Part shown: positions 54,301 to 64,000 of the stretch, piece by piece
Numbering within the stretch: the stretch's first letter is position 1
How the letters are laid out: every line of letters begins with the position of its first letter
Assembly (NCBI GenBank): GCA_002633005.1
Contig: NMRA01000434.1
Coordinates: 27,874 to 91,873 of the forward strand
Source of the DNA: Phoronis australis
Lineage: Eukaryota; Animalia; Phoronida
Length of the DNA: 64,000 bases
Direction of reading: 5' to 3'
Program-made: the position numbers and the translations under genes
Notes under the pieces: model-generated
The model's database searches: none
What the model was told of the DNA's origin: nothing
Seen by the model: only the letters and a program-made list of their open reading frames with translations

Positions 54301-57300
54301 AAGGTGAGATAAACATGTCATTCACAACAGTGTCATCATTGGCCAACTGCGGACTATCTCACTTCCAGTGAGCTCATTGGTCATGACTCAAGCCTTCTAT
54401 GGATGGCACATGGCACTGTCCGATTGTTCAGCTTTTATTGTTGATGTCTGTGTTTAAGTAGTTTACAGCCATAATAAAGATTGGTATATTGTCAATTACC
54501 ACATATTGATGCCTCCAGATGCCTCCTTTCTCATGTATGAACTAATAACTGCTTCTCAGTCAGGAATTCCATTTGGTATTTGCAGGAAGACATTACCTTC
54601 ATCTTCTTGCTAATACGATTACTGTAATACTAATACCTTTTAACTATTGCAATAATTAAGGAGAAAATGATTCCAATGCATATAACAGAATGTGAATGCT
54701 ATACCATCAGTCAGTGTTGGCAGACCTCTGACGCGTATCTCTGAACAGTAGTCAGTTGTTGATGAACCTGTCTGAAGGTATGTGAACAGGTGATCTGACT
54801 AGATAACTATGGACTACCTCATGGTTTGTTGCCTGCTAGACGAGAGAGTTAATCTTAGCTACTCATGGGGGATAACGAGCGAAGAAAAACAGGCAATAAT
54901 ACAGGTGCCAATTAGGTTCATTATTATACCTGCCAGGTGAGATGAAGGTAATTGTGGCAGATATGAAGTGAGCCTTTACACAAAATAATCTGGAGTGAAG
55001 CAAGGGTATGCAAACACAGACAGTTGGTCTTCCATCAGGGTATACAAAACTATGAAATCATATGTACTTTTCAAGGAAATCTTACCCCCAATAAAGATAA
55101 AACAACAGTTTTATTTTTAAAGGGTTTCGAGTTATTGCAAATATTGAATCTGAGTAAACATAGAGAGCAGGTGTTTGAAGTTGGAAAATTCAAAAATAGA
55201 ATCTTACTCTATAACAGAAATCTTAACTGAGCACAACTCAGGCTAATACCACTGAGATCCCACAAAATGTGAACCAGCAACAGAGGACATATCAATTACT
55301 TGATATGTAAAGAGGACCAGGGTACTAGCAGGATTGGTTACAGGGGTGAACCAGTTGACCATAGGCCACTAGCTTAATCCTCACAGTCAGAGAGCATTGA
55401 GCTCTCTGAGAAGCAAGCAATCATTGTAGCTTCTCACACCAACCATTGTTCGGCCATTAATACACTATTCTCTACTCACTGAGTTTTTGTGATCAACGCC
55501 ACAGTGTTGACACATGATTAGCTACCTGTGTTTTGAGTAGGGCTTCAGACAAACATAGCTCCTGAATGGGGCTATACCTGCAGAATCTAACCAAACACTT
55601 TGTTTAGGTGTGCAGCTTGAAGTAATCCACAGCAATGGAGAAAGGTATACCACAGCAAGAGCCTAACAGTGAATAATGCTCCATTAATTTGTTTGGTTAT
55701 ATGGGGTTTACACTGATAATGGTGCATAAACAGTGACTGTGATAACTAGACAGACCTGTGTGTTTTGGTAAAAGGTAACAGGCTGAATAAACATGACTGT
55801 GTCAAAGTACTTTATCTAGGTAAATGTTGAACAAATTGACCCACAATTTTGACGGGTAAATAAGAGATATTCTAAGGGAATTAGAAATCAGATCCGAACG
55901 AAATCGTCACACAAGTGTACCCAATTGTACCCAAGGTTGTTGAAATATTATTGTAAAACAAACATCCAAACTGTTGCTATACCTTGAATTATCAGTCCTC
56001 ACAATACCAGAAAAAAACTAAGCAATCAATCTAAAGCAAATAAGATGGAAAATAAACATTAAGTTTTCGTACAACTCAACGGAATTTACCATGTACTAAG
56101 TTAACTAGTCACAAAAAGATGTAGTAACACCTCGCTAGCTCAATGTGTTACATGAAAAGAAGTGCTTGTTTATTCTTCAAGTTATTTTTGCCTGTAAAAA
56201 CATTTCAAATAGAATTACTCCAGACACGACATTCTCCTGCTGTTTGTGGTAGTCTAGCTTACAGACTGTGTTTGTGTTCCCAGCAGAATTGGTGTTACAG
56301 ACCTAATTGTGTTGTAGCGCTCTGTTACATTTTGTCAACAAATCTACAGTCTCAACAACATTTTTCTCTATTCACACACACAATGTTAGATGAGCTCAAC
56401 ACATTTGATAGACCTTTGTAAAGCTTTTGATTGTGTTTACACTCGCGGCATACTTTTGACAAGATGGTTATAGTGTTTGCTAATCACCTCCAGGGATATC
56501 TGTTATTTTAAGGCTAGTTTCTACAGCACTATTGCATATAATTTGAGGATATTAGCAACTGAATATAAAGCCACCCCTCTAGAAATACTCATCACATTTT
56601 ACAACATGAGTCTCAAAACATTGCTAAAGCTGATCATCAACCAAACAAAAATACTTACAATCTCACCAACTTCTCAGTATTGCGGAACAATGAATCTGGT
56701 AACACTGACAACTGATTTCTATTCAGCAACCTAAAAATAAAACAACTGCGTGTCATTTACGTGACGTACACATGGGGTAAGAATACACTAAACACACGCT
56801 TTCTTCAGCAACCGAACTTAAAGAGATATTTCGAACCGCATTTCGTCCATGTTTAGATGACAATGGTGAATTCTTAATCAAAGTACTTTGGGGTTTCCTA
56901 AGATTATCCTATCTTAAATTATTGCCAGATGAGCCACCAACTCAAGTCACAGGCAATGCCTACATGCGCCATTTTCTAATCTGCAATTTTTGGATTGGCC
57001 AACCCCAATAAACTTTGAAGCATTTTCTTCTTGAGTCCCTGAAGTTTCGATGTTCTTTCTGGTATCAGAATTAGAATTCTTTCATACTAAAAAATATTGA
57101 GATTGATTTTTGAGACCTAATTTGATTTTTCATTATGTAGCCAGCTAGGTAGGGCAAAATGCAACTTTAAACATTAAATAATATTTGAAATAAGTAAATG
57201 ATTTACATTTTTAGCATGTACTCAAATGAATCTAACCTGAGTTGTCTGCTCATTTGGCAATAATTCAAGATGGGATGTTTTTAAATCTCAAAAGCACTTC

Positions 57301-60300
57301 CGTTATCCATTCAACATTGAAAGCTAAACAATCCCAAAATGCTAGTCCTGGGCGCTTGGCTCACATGACCGAGATACCCAGTTCGAATCCCGGTAGCCCT
57401 ACCGCACGTTTCAACCAGATAACAGTAACTCACTCAGGTTCACATAATTCCATATGATCTGGGATCGATGTTCAGTCAGTACTTCATTATGCATGGTGGT
57501 AACTCAGGAGTCATCCATCATAACCACACAAAACCAGAGTAATTTTTTTGGTAAAAAATCCTTCTTTAGACTCACCAATCGGATGCTATTGAGAATGTAA
57601 ATGTAAACAAGAGCCTTTGTACCAAATTAATATGGCGGGCGAACTAAAGAATTTTAACTTCAATACGCGAGACCCACACAGAGATTGATGATGAGTAAAA
57701 GTAAAGAGATCATTTCGTGCCTTGACAGACGAAGTAAATCGCGAACACCGCGTTATAGTTTGGCGTACGACGTAAGGGGAGATAACGCGCATGATACTGT
57801 TGCGTTGCAAAGAAACAAGTTTTATCTCTGTTTTTGAAACACAAATATGAACGGAGGCAGCTAATACGAACTTTCGTATGTTTTACTGATAAACTGCACT
57901 AGGTTCGAGTGGTTCTTTCAGAAAGAATGCGCATGCTCTGCTGTAGCCCACATTGATCTATTTATCTTATTATTAATCAATTGAGACAATCTTTTGGTAC
58001 ATGAATTCAAGAAAATGTTACGATAATATGTACTTGTGATGGAGTCTACTCTGAAAAATACCCAATGCCACACAAATGTTTTTTTTAATCGTCCATTCAT
58101 CCGTGACACAGACGAAGTAAAAAATGTTTAAGAATGAGATTAGAAACGCGTGTGTTGGTGGTCTTCCAAACGCAACGATAATATGTTGCCTACGCGGCTG
58201 TGAGAAATGAAGTAAACAAATCCATCATTACGATTTCCGAGGGTGCAGTTCTCTGTTGCACTTAATCTTGCATCAGCATTTCACTTAAAATCCATTCCTT
58301 CTACATATAAAGAAGCCTAGATCCTGGTATCGGATCGAATTTGTCGTGAAATTATCACTTCTCAAACTTAAATGCAAACTATCATAAAGCATAAGAAGAT
58401 AAAGAGGTGTGCAAATAGTCAAAACTGTGTTCACCCTGTGAGAAAGCAAACAGTGAGAAGGGAGATTTATCTCCAAAAGCCGATCAGGAATGGATTGTAG
58501 TTTGTATGTGGTGGCTTCAAAGTAGTTGTGAAGGTTTGAGACACTGGGAAGAGTTGTAGACCAATCGATATCGAAATTCATATGAATGCCATGGTCAGGA
58601 CGGACATTCGTATCCAGATATTTGAATTTAATATTAATTCGGTGAAATGAAATTCAAAATGAAAATTTTTATTTTCAAAACAAGTTCACAAAACGCAAAA
58701 CGTTTGCTTCAAATTGGATTTCATATATAACCGACTGTATTATCGCTTGATAAATGTGATCACTCATACATCGAGGCAAAAACGTTAAACCAACGAACAT
58801 GCCGATTACGTTTTCAAAGGAGGGAGTTTCTTATACTTACATCTTCTGCAGGCTTCTCAAATCATCAAGAGCGCCCTGTTCTATCCTCATGATGTTGTTA
58901 TCGCGAAGTTGTCTGGAATTGAAATTAATTGGAATTAAAGAGATGCCAAACGATATTCATCACTCACAGTGGTTTGTTACAAGAGGTGTTCATTCACCAC
59001 TCGTTCACGTGGTACCTGTTTTATTTCATCCAATAAGAAAGATGGATTATTTGACCGTGTGCAGTATAAAACACAACGTTTATTAATAACTTTTATTTTA
59101 TAAAAGTCATCCAAGAGGCTTCACAGCTCCCATGAGTTTAGTAATCGTCAACAAATAATAACGACACAGCAACATACCTGGAGAAATTTCATTTCTCAAC
59201 GTAAATACTTCAACAGGAATTTTGACAACACCCTGTCGGTAGTTGAAAGAAATCAAATCAATCCGTTGACAGTTGTGTTGGTGAAACCTACATACCTACG
59301 TACGCCCTATGTCTGAGGGGAAAATAAGCTGAAATTAGGCAAAGCTGCAGAAAAATCGTATTTTTTCTGACTGAAGAAATGAAATCACTGCTTCAGACAG
59401 TTGGTTAAAACGTCTGCAAGCACGAGTATTTACAGGGCGTGCGATTGTTTTAATTTCTCGCTTGTCCTTTATTTAAAAAACGGACATGTGAATGTTGAGG
59501 TACCGTAACATGGGTATGAATTATGAAGAGACAGTGGTTGTGCAGCACCTTATTGACAGGTCAGTCTATCTTGCCAAATATGTACAAACCGTAGCTCATA
59601 TTTTTGATAGCCCCTCAGGCAAGTGTGGACCAATTTAAAAATAATTACCAAAATCAGGAGAACTGTGCTTAAAGCATAGTATCTGAAAGTATCATACGAG
59701 TGCTGCGAGCGAGTTCTGAGATACGATGTTATGAAGAAAGCCAAATTTGAACATTTATCTGGGCCTTATGTAACCTAAATTCACGAACATAGGTTCCGCA
59801 TTTTCAACTAATATCCCCCAAAACGACCCGACACAAGTACAAAACAAACCAATGCATACCAGCACTATGTATCGGGAAAACAGTGTCATTTGACTTAACA
59901 CTGCAAAGAAGTCCGCTTTCGGTAAGAACCTCAAAGAACGGATCGTATCACAAACGAAATTAAAACATCTTTCCAAATCATGTTCTGTAGGACATGACAT
60001 CGAAATTTTTCATGAGAAACAAAAGACATAACTCAAAAAACGGTTTTACGTAAGTTTTGACTTTCTAAGTTCGTCCACGATATCGAACACATGGACGTTG
60101 AAATGTTTAAATGTTTATAAGTTCAGATAGAGGGAAAACTTCGGGTTGTAATTAACTGCATGATTTATCTCTCGGTTTAGGAAACCAAAATCAAAAGGAA
60201 AGGCATTGGTTTCTTGAACGATGTGTATAAAAATCTTACTTAGCTGTTAAAATTGATATCACAAGTATCTCACTCGGCGATGATCCCTTTGCTGTGGGGC

Positions 60301-61688
60301 ATATTTCAAATATTTAGTCATGCAAACAACATAAATACATTAATAAGATTACAAGGTACGTCTAGGTATTACAGTCTTTCACATGCGATTTAATATTCAG
60401 CAGAAATTATATTCTATTTATTTTTCTTCATCTTAACTTAACAAAATTAGCCATAATTCTGGATTTGTTCTGCCAATACTGACAATTGGCTTTTGTCAGT
60501 GACGCGTTCTGCGTTAACTATGTCTGGACGGTCAGATTTCACGGAGCCAAGCGAACATTAAAACTGCTCGTTTCGAATGGGAACTCGTTGAAACTGTCTC
60601 CAAACCATACACTGTTTCCAATGGACGTAATTTCGAGCCAATTTTAGCAACAAAACGACCACGATGCCGAGACGCGGCATTTGTGTATTGCTATGTTTTG
60701 ATATCGCTGTTACCCCCTATAATGCGATAGTCGTTTTACAAGGTGTGACGATACAGTCCAACCCAAACAATTCTGATTTGCCAGATAAAATAGCAACATA
60801 AATGAATACCGGTTTTGTAAAAGTCTGGTAAGAAAGGCATCTATTACGGTGACTGGTGTAAGTATTGTGTTGGTAAATTAAGTCTCGATATCAACACTAA
60901 TCCCGCGACATTCCTCGCCTTGGTGATGATACCGCGTGTGTCGACCCAGGCTGTCGACTGCTTTTACACAAACCATGCAAGTTTTTGTTAACTTTCGCGC
61001 AACTCGAGAAGCAGTTGTCGAGCATGCATATCCAACTCCTGCTACTACGTTTCAGTTTGTCAATTGAACACTGTTTAAAAGCTTCCAATGTAATAAGACA
61101 ATATAACAATAACTATATAATATAAATGTTGTGAATACAGTTTTCAAAGCTGAACATTATATTTCATTTGCTACATTGCTAGGCACAGAGCATAATCACT
61201 TCATTCCAATCTGTCGTGCAGTAGCAGTCATCGTGTTTTAATCAGCTTTCCAGGCGTGCAGCTCTAAGAACTCGTGGTTATCGCCATGCCTGTGTTTGTT
61301 TTTTACTCAAACTTGATGATGTTCGTGTCAAAAAATGCGCCCACAGTAATTCCCGATGTCAACACAAAGTTTTCCAAAGGACATTTTAACAATCGCCAGA
61401 TATCACTTGCAGATATTAGCATATTCAAATTACATAAAGCTCTGTGATAGCTACGTGAGGTTGACAGTGTCGAATGCTTGACTTAGGTCGAGTAAATACA
61501 GAAATCTAAGCTGCTCAGGCAAACAATAAAGGGAAACAATTGACTTTCTGGTATGTTTAGATATGTTATTATTTCAACTCAAAGCATTGTCATCTGTAAA
61601 AAGGTCACACACTCACAGTTGTTTAACTTCTGTTAACCCCTCAAAGTCTGATCTCCGGATGACACTGATGTTGTTCCGTTGAAGGTGC
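9077..61688 (-). CDS. slit: Slit axon-guidance ligand, multi-exon gene span (31 coding exons seen; signal peptide/LRRNT first exon not found in window)
   Basis: Ordered GT-AG exons with consistent phases encode LRR domains D1-D4, EGF1-6, LamG, EGF7 and a cystine knot, the diagnostic invertebrate Slit architecture. Individual exons are listed separately. Confidence 0.97.
9735..9968 (-). CDS. slit: Slit exon, end of LamG + EGF7 (234 bp)
   Basis: ttacag/gtaagt; [15 protein letters not shown]...VMPGC...[13 protein letters not shown]...[14 protein letters not shown]. Confidence 0.93.
11214..11678 (-). CDS. slit: Slit exon, laminin G domain (465 bp)
   Basis: tcccag/gtgaga; [13 protein letters not shown]...[44 protein letters not shown]...YLGGLP...SFT. 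Confidence 0.95.
12716..12993 (-). CDS. slit: Slit exon, EGF5, cleavage-site linker and EGF6 (278 bp)
   Basis: ttgcag/gtaagg; [27 protein letters not shown]...[19 protein letters not shown]...CRCPA. Confidence 0.95.
13138..13391. mobile_element. PIF/Harbinger-like MITE
   Basis: TIRs GGGCCTGTTCCAAGAAACTGA / TCAGTTTTGTTGGAACGGGCCC, 3-bp CTG on both sides, internal CTTAA-rich sub-repeats. Confidence 0.7.
13600..14285 (+). mobile_element. 5'-truncated, degenerate non-LTR retrotransposon (L1/Tx1-like) 3' end
   Basis: Frameshifted ORF2 C-terminal zf-RVT-like motifs [14 protein letters not shown] and [25 protein letters not shown], followed by an A-rich tail with AATAAA near 14260-14283. Boundaries are approximate. 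Confidence 0.75.
14737..14827 (-). CDS. slit: Slit exon, EGF4 (91 bp)
   Basis: ttgtag/gtaaag; [30 protein letters not shown]. Confidence 0.92.
15197..15336 (-). CDS. slit: Slit exon, end of EGF2 + EGF3 (140 bp)
   Basis: ctccag/gtaatt; [46 protein letters not shown]. Confidence 0.94.
15950..16575. repeat. Minisatellite of about 8 x 78 bp built from the last ~35 nt of a Slit EGF exon, its 5' splice site and ~43 nt of intron
   Basis: The unit TTGACAGTAGCTGTACTACCCCACTATGTGAATATCTCCTCACCTAAATCTGCCATACTGGTCCACCACTGTACATG recurs at about 15951, 16026, 16103, 16181, 16259, 16337, 16418 and 16497. Confidence 0.92.
16540..16759 (-). CDS. slit: Slit exon, EGF1 and most of EGF2 (220 bp)
   Basis: tttcag/gtgagg; [19 protein letters not shown]...[24 protein letters not shown]. 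Confidence 0.94.
17350..17513 (-). CDS. slit: Slit exon, D4 LRRCT (164 bp)
   Basis: tttcag/gtgcgt; [35 protein letters not shown]...SFLCD. Confidence 0.94.
18049..18192 (-). CDS. slit: Slit exon, D4 two LRRs (144 bp)
   Basis: ttgcag/gtgagt; [48 protein letters not shown]. Confidence 0.94.
19256..19327 (-). CDS. slit: Slit exon, D4 LRR (72 bp)
   Basis: tttcag/gtaagt; [24 protein letters not shown]. Confidence 0.9.
19885..20149 (-). CDS. slit: Slit exon, D3-D4 linker + D4 LRRNT + first LRR (265 bp)
   Basis: ttccag/gtaagt; ...[44 protein letters not shown]... Confidence 0.92.
20167..20227. repeat. (AAT/AAC)n microsatellite within the acceptor-side tract of a Slit intron
   Basis: acaataacaataac...aataataataataataataataac. 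Confidence 0.8.
20516..20679 (-). CDS. slit: Slit exon, D3 LRRCT (164 bp)
   Basis: ttgcag/gtcagt; [35 protein letters not shown]...DFVCE. Confidence 0.94.
21020..21163 (-). CDS. slit: Slit exon, D3 two LRRs (144 bp)
   Basis: ttccag/gtgagt; [48 protein letters not shown]. Confidence 0.94.
21722..21970. mobile_element. About 250-bp TA-flanked MITE (Tc1/mariner-like); related copies near 5212-5442, 36345-36539, 41503-41738 and partial copies near 17265, 18958, 52950
   Basis: TIR TACGATAAAATCT / AGATTTTATCGTA; shared internal motif AAAATCTCACCAATTTAGGACAAAATATGGCTGACAAGT seen in the other copies. Confidence 0.65.
22002..22073 (-). CDS. slit: Slit exon, D3 LRR (72 bp)
   Basis: ttgcag/gttagt; [24 protein letters not shown]. 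Confidence 0.9.
22607..22656. repeat. Perfect 23-bp tandem duplication spanning a Slit splice donor
   Basis: GGTGCATACTTACAGGTAGTCAA twice (22607-22629 and 22630-22652) plus GGTG. Confidence 0.9.
22643..22714 (-). CDS. slit: Slit exon, D3 LRR (72 bp)
   Basis: tttcag/gtaagt; [24 protein letters not shown]. The donor is tandemly duplicated (see findings). Confidence 0.9.
22940..23014 (-). CDS. slit: Slit exon, D3 LRR (75 bp)
   Basis: tttcag/gtaagt; [25 protein letters not shown]. Confidence 0.88.
23867..24023. mobile_element. Short MITE-like element (about 155 bp)
   Basis: Imperfect TIR CAGGGGCAGATCCAGG / CCTGGATCCGCCTATG; a related right-end fragment lies near 19765-19809. Confidence 0.55.
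24291..24441 (-). CDS. slit: Slit exon, D3 LRRNT (151 bp)
   Basis: ctccag/gtaagc; [50 protein letters not shown]. Confidence 0.93.
26272..26435 (-). CDS. slit: Slit exon, D2 LRRCT (164 bp)
   Basis: tgtcag/gtaagt; [44 protein letters not shown]...FQCK. Confidence 0.95.
26833..26904 (-). CDS. slit: Slit exon, D2 LRR (72 bp)
   Basis: ccacag/gtgagt; [24 protein letters not shown]. Confidence 0.93.
27241..27312 (-). CDS. slit: Slit exon, D2 LRR (72 bp)
   Basis: ttgtag/gtaagt; [24 protein letters not shown] (highly conserved Slit D2 motif). Confidence 0.93.
28274..28345 (-). CDS. slit: Slit exon, D2 LRR (72 bp)
   Basis: ttgtag/gtaggt; [24 protein letters not shown]. Confidence 0.9.
29053..29124 (-). 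CDS. slit: Slit exon, D2 LRR (72 bp)
   Basis: tttcag/gtaagt; [24 protein letters not shown]. Confidence 0.9.
30766..30837 (-). CDS. slit: Slit exon, D2 LRR (72 bp)
   Basis: tttcag/gtgagt; [24 protein letters not shown]. Confidence 0.9.
32867..33011 (-). CDS. slit: Slit exon, D2 LRRNT (145 bp)
   Basis: atgtag/gtaagt; [39 protein letters not shown]. Confidence 0.92.
33595..33758 (-). CDS. slit: Slit exon, D1 LRRCT (164 bp)
   Basis: ccctag/gtaagt; [20 protein letters not shown]...[24 protein letters not shown]. Confidence 0.93.
34152..34223 (-). CDS. slit: Slit exon, D1 LRR6 (72 bp)
   Basis: ttgcag/gtaagt; [24 protein letters not shown]. Confidence 0.9.
35386..35807. mobile_element. MITE (Harbinger-like), about 420 bp, nested in an older repeat
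   Basis: Imperfect TIR AGTCCCGTTTAGAC / GTGTAAACGGCACT and subterminal inverted block CAGCTGACATGGAGCAAATTG / CAATTTGTTCCATGTCAGCTG. More GC- and CpG-rich than its flanks. Confidence 0.65.
36568..36639 (-). CDS. slit: Slit exon, D1 LRR5 (72 bp)
   Basis: tttcag/gtgagt; [24 protein letters not shown]. Confidence 0.9.
37488..37559 (-). CDS. slit: Slit exon, D1 LRR4 (72 bp)
   Basis: ttccag/gtgagt; [24 protein letters not shown]. Confidence 0.9.
46052..46271 (+). pseudogene. Second, inverted THAP copy with ATA in place of the ATG; runs into an assembly gap
   Basis: ATA CCA CAC TGT TGC TGC GTA CCA GAA TGT...[13 protein letters not shown]...RVCGKHF, collinear with the right-arm copy. Confidence 0.7.
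46626..47012 (-). CDS. THAP zinc-finger-only ORF (128 aa), transposon-borne
   Basis: [12 protein letters not shown]...[15 protein letters not shown]...RVCGKHF...[10 protein letters not shown] contains the C2CH ligands, the conserved P/W/F/P residues and an AVPTIF-like box. Expression is not shown. Confidence 0.7.
   Translation of the reverse strand: MPHCCCVPDCTNYRLTRALGVPLHRFPMDDRLRRTWLVRVQKAALPVHVTYMYKAVANYRVCGKHFLPSAYERDLYAELTKVPAKQRLKKDAIPSVLIPGSAPSPPPRSAFLKREASRAVASKVTGAS
56659..56730 (-). CDS. slit: Slit exon, D1 LRR3 (72 bp)
   Basis: ttttag/gtaagt; [24 protein letters not shown]. Confidence 0.9.
57340..57410 (+). mobile_element. Degenerate tRNA-derived SINE head
   Basis: Pol III B-box GTTCGAATCC (57381-57390) in a T-arm-like context (CCCAGTTCGAATCCCGG); no complete cloverleaf. 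Confidence 0.4.
58841..58912 (-). CDS. slit: Slit exon, D1 LRR2 (72 bp)
   Basis: ttccag/gtaagt; [24 protein letters not shown]. Confidence 0.9.
61617..61688 (-). CDS. slit: Slit exon, D1 LRR1 (72 bp)
   Basis: ttccag/gtgagt boundaries; [24 protein letters not shown]. Confidence 0.9.
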
Positions 61689-64000
61689 CTGGAAAACAAA
61701 TCGAGATATTTATGAAATTCTGTGGAAAATTGCTGACATACATTTCTACACTTTCTATTGTCTAGTGATGTTTTCTTTCGGGTTCGATAAATTAAATAAC
61801 TAAATATTGGTTTGATCATTTAATTGACAATATAAAATATATCGAAAATGTCTGTGTTTACATGCACTGAAAATCTTGACAGATTATTTGCTGCAATAAA
61901 AAGTAATCTGCAGTGATACACAGAGTAACATGCTTAAGCTCATCAAACTATATGGGGCATTTCCAAAAACAGTTGAGTGTTCTCTGTTTGATACCAATTG
62001 GGTTTACTCAGAGTCCTCGTAAGAGAGACAGTGTTGACAGTGAACAGGCCGTTCAAACACAGTGAAGGACCACTTAGCCAGCTGCACGGACGGTGGGCGG
62101 CAGGCGAGTCGGAAAGGGAAACAAGGTGTAGTGATGGCAGAGATCCGTGTAAGGAAGGTTTAGATCCAAACGCTAGGGGTGCGGCTCTCTCATCATAATG
62201 TTGGTAGGGACGTGCAAACAATTCGGGAGGGAATTTTGCCCTATCCGGGTATCGCATGGAACGTATATTTCGCCTCTCAGATATCTTCTCGGATGGGTAT
62301 TTTGACTTTGAGATATCGGTATATCGACAAGAGTAAATGAAAGATGAAGCGACAGGAGAGGGAGAGTCGATAAAAGTATTGTTTCGGGTACCCATATTTT
62401 TAATTCCCCGGGTACGGTATTCATTTGGTCTCCCCGCAAAAACCACCCTACGATTGAAGGTGCAGCCAAGATCTTCTATAAGAACATTCAAAAGAAGACG
62501 AATGTGCGCACCATATAATTTTACACTAATTTTATCCGTAATGTTTACTGCTGGAACTTCAGGAACTAGAGTATGATATGGAAAACTGGAATGAACGTTT
62601 AGGAAACAGATATTGTGCGAATGAGAATGTGATTCTCATAAAATGTGAAACTACAGAGCATTAAAACTGCAACAAAGCAACAAAGGTTCTCAATGGCTAA
62701 CTTATAAAATATATACTACGTACTTAAAAACGTGTTTTGGGCAAAACATAATGGCACGTTACTTTGCCTAATGACCTTATGTTGATGGTGTTATTTTAAC
62801 AAACAATAATACTTCAATAAATGATTGTTTCCGGTAAGTATGAAGAGTCTGCCCGGAAAAATACTTCGAGGGGTAGTGTTGTTGTAAAATCCAAGTCATA
62901 TAAGCTAACCGGCAATATTTATATTGATCAAATATTTGGATTAGTTTGTAGAACTGTATTAAATTCGTACTATTTTGCTGGATTGCAAATTTCGGTTATT
63001 GTTTGTGCATCACAATCAACGTTTTCGGTATCAGGTTTCGCGAACTTAACACTGTATTTCCGTAAATTTTTGTCCATTAGAGTCCACGACCTTTTAAGCT
63101 GATGACTGAGAATCCAAGAGAATTAGGGTTTTGTTAGTTGAATGCACCCAGTTACACGAGAAGACAGTAACTCTGACCTGATAGGTTGTGGCGAGGACCT
63201 GTTTTGTTCTAGGAACCGTAAACCTACATGCAATTTTGTGATCGAATATCACCATATCAAAGTATTACGGAACGTGCCTCCGGCGAACTGACGGGTCGCG
63301 AATTTACTATATGTCATTTTAAACAGGGCAAGATAAAAGACTATTTTTTGGAGATACACTTCAGCGTTGTTTTCACAAATGCACGCCCGCCGCGCAGCAG
63401 CAGCAGCAGCGATAGTAAAATGGTTACCGACAGTACATGTATGGGAAACTCTGGTGTTCCCAAGATGAGCCGTAGAAACAGTTCAGACCACGGAGCCAAC
63501 TGACAACATGAGAAAATCTGCAGACTGTAACTTAAACCGAGAATATCCTACGATATCTCCATTCACCTGATGTGAGAGCCTTGATACATCGTTACGGCAT
63601 CGGAAGGAATAGCAATCGGGCAAAACAGAATATCTGATACGGGAATACACTAAATTTTAAAGTAGATGGACCACATGCCACGATTACATTCAAGCCTTAT
63701 GAAAGCGCATAATTTTGCAAATCACCCCGGGGAAAACTAATGTAGTGGCCGACATTATATATATTAGCTTAGTTTTTGAATAGCAGCAGAAACTTGAATG
63801 AGCTTATCCAAGCGACTGTTCAACGCATTGGTCGTAGTACGTAGAAGGTTTCTTCCATTCAGAATTCTATTCTGTTTAACTGTTTACCTGTGGAAATAAT
63901 GCTGTGATAAAGTGCGAAATGTTTCGTTAATTCTAAAAACGTGCAATCACTCGGTTGGCGGGACACGACAGCATTGTATTGACGCTTGTATCTGTCTCTA

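Noticed and set aside
57340-57410. Possible tRNA gene
   Set aside because: Only the B-box/T-arm is recognisable; acceptor and D stems could not be paired, so it is treated as a SINE remnant.
61943-62491. 182-aa ORF on - upstream of the first visible Slit exon
   Set aside because: No signal peptide, no CPxxCxC LRRNT motif and no recognisable domain; likely a chance ORF in GC-richer DNA.
63320-63460. Signal-peptide-like VLSVTILLSLLLLLRGGRA on -, considered as Slit exon 1
   Set aside because: No in-frame ATG found nearby, no LRRNT follows, and the frame stops without a suitable donor. The leucines come from a CTG repeat.

Overview
AT-rich, intron-containing eukaryotic DNA from an invertebrate animal. 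The 7-EGF Slit architecture and repeat landscape suggest a protostome, probably a lophotrochozoan such as a mollusc (inference). Two genes converge tail-to-tail. On + are the last two coding exons of a UBTD1/2 (ubiquitin domain-containing protein) gene at 2615-2851 and 3781-4169. On - is a nearly complete Slit gene with 31 coding exons between 61688 and 9077 (4 LRR domains, 6 EGF, LamG, 1 EGF, C-terminal cystine knot); its first exon was not found and probably lies beyond the window. The introns carry a 729-bp solo LTR with a 5-bp TSD, a Kolobok-like fold-back transposon whose two arms both contain THAP-domain coding sequence, a LINE 3' fragment and several MITEs. The most notable observations are a 78-bp tandem array that multiplies a Slit exon end plus its splice donor about 8 times, a second independent 23-bp donor duplication, the THAP fold-back element, the Slit-UBTD adjacency that mirrors the vertebrate SLIT1/UBTD1 and SLIT3/UBTD2 linkages, and a candidate 3-nt microexon at the Slit D2/D3 junction. 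All coordinates were read by hand; no searches or computations were run.
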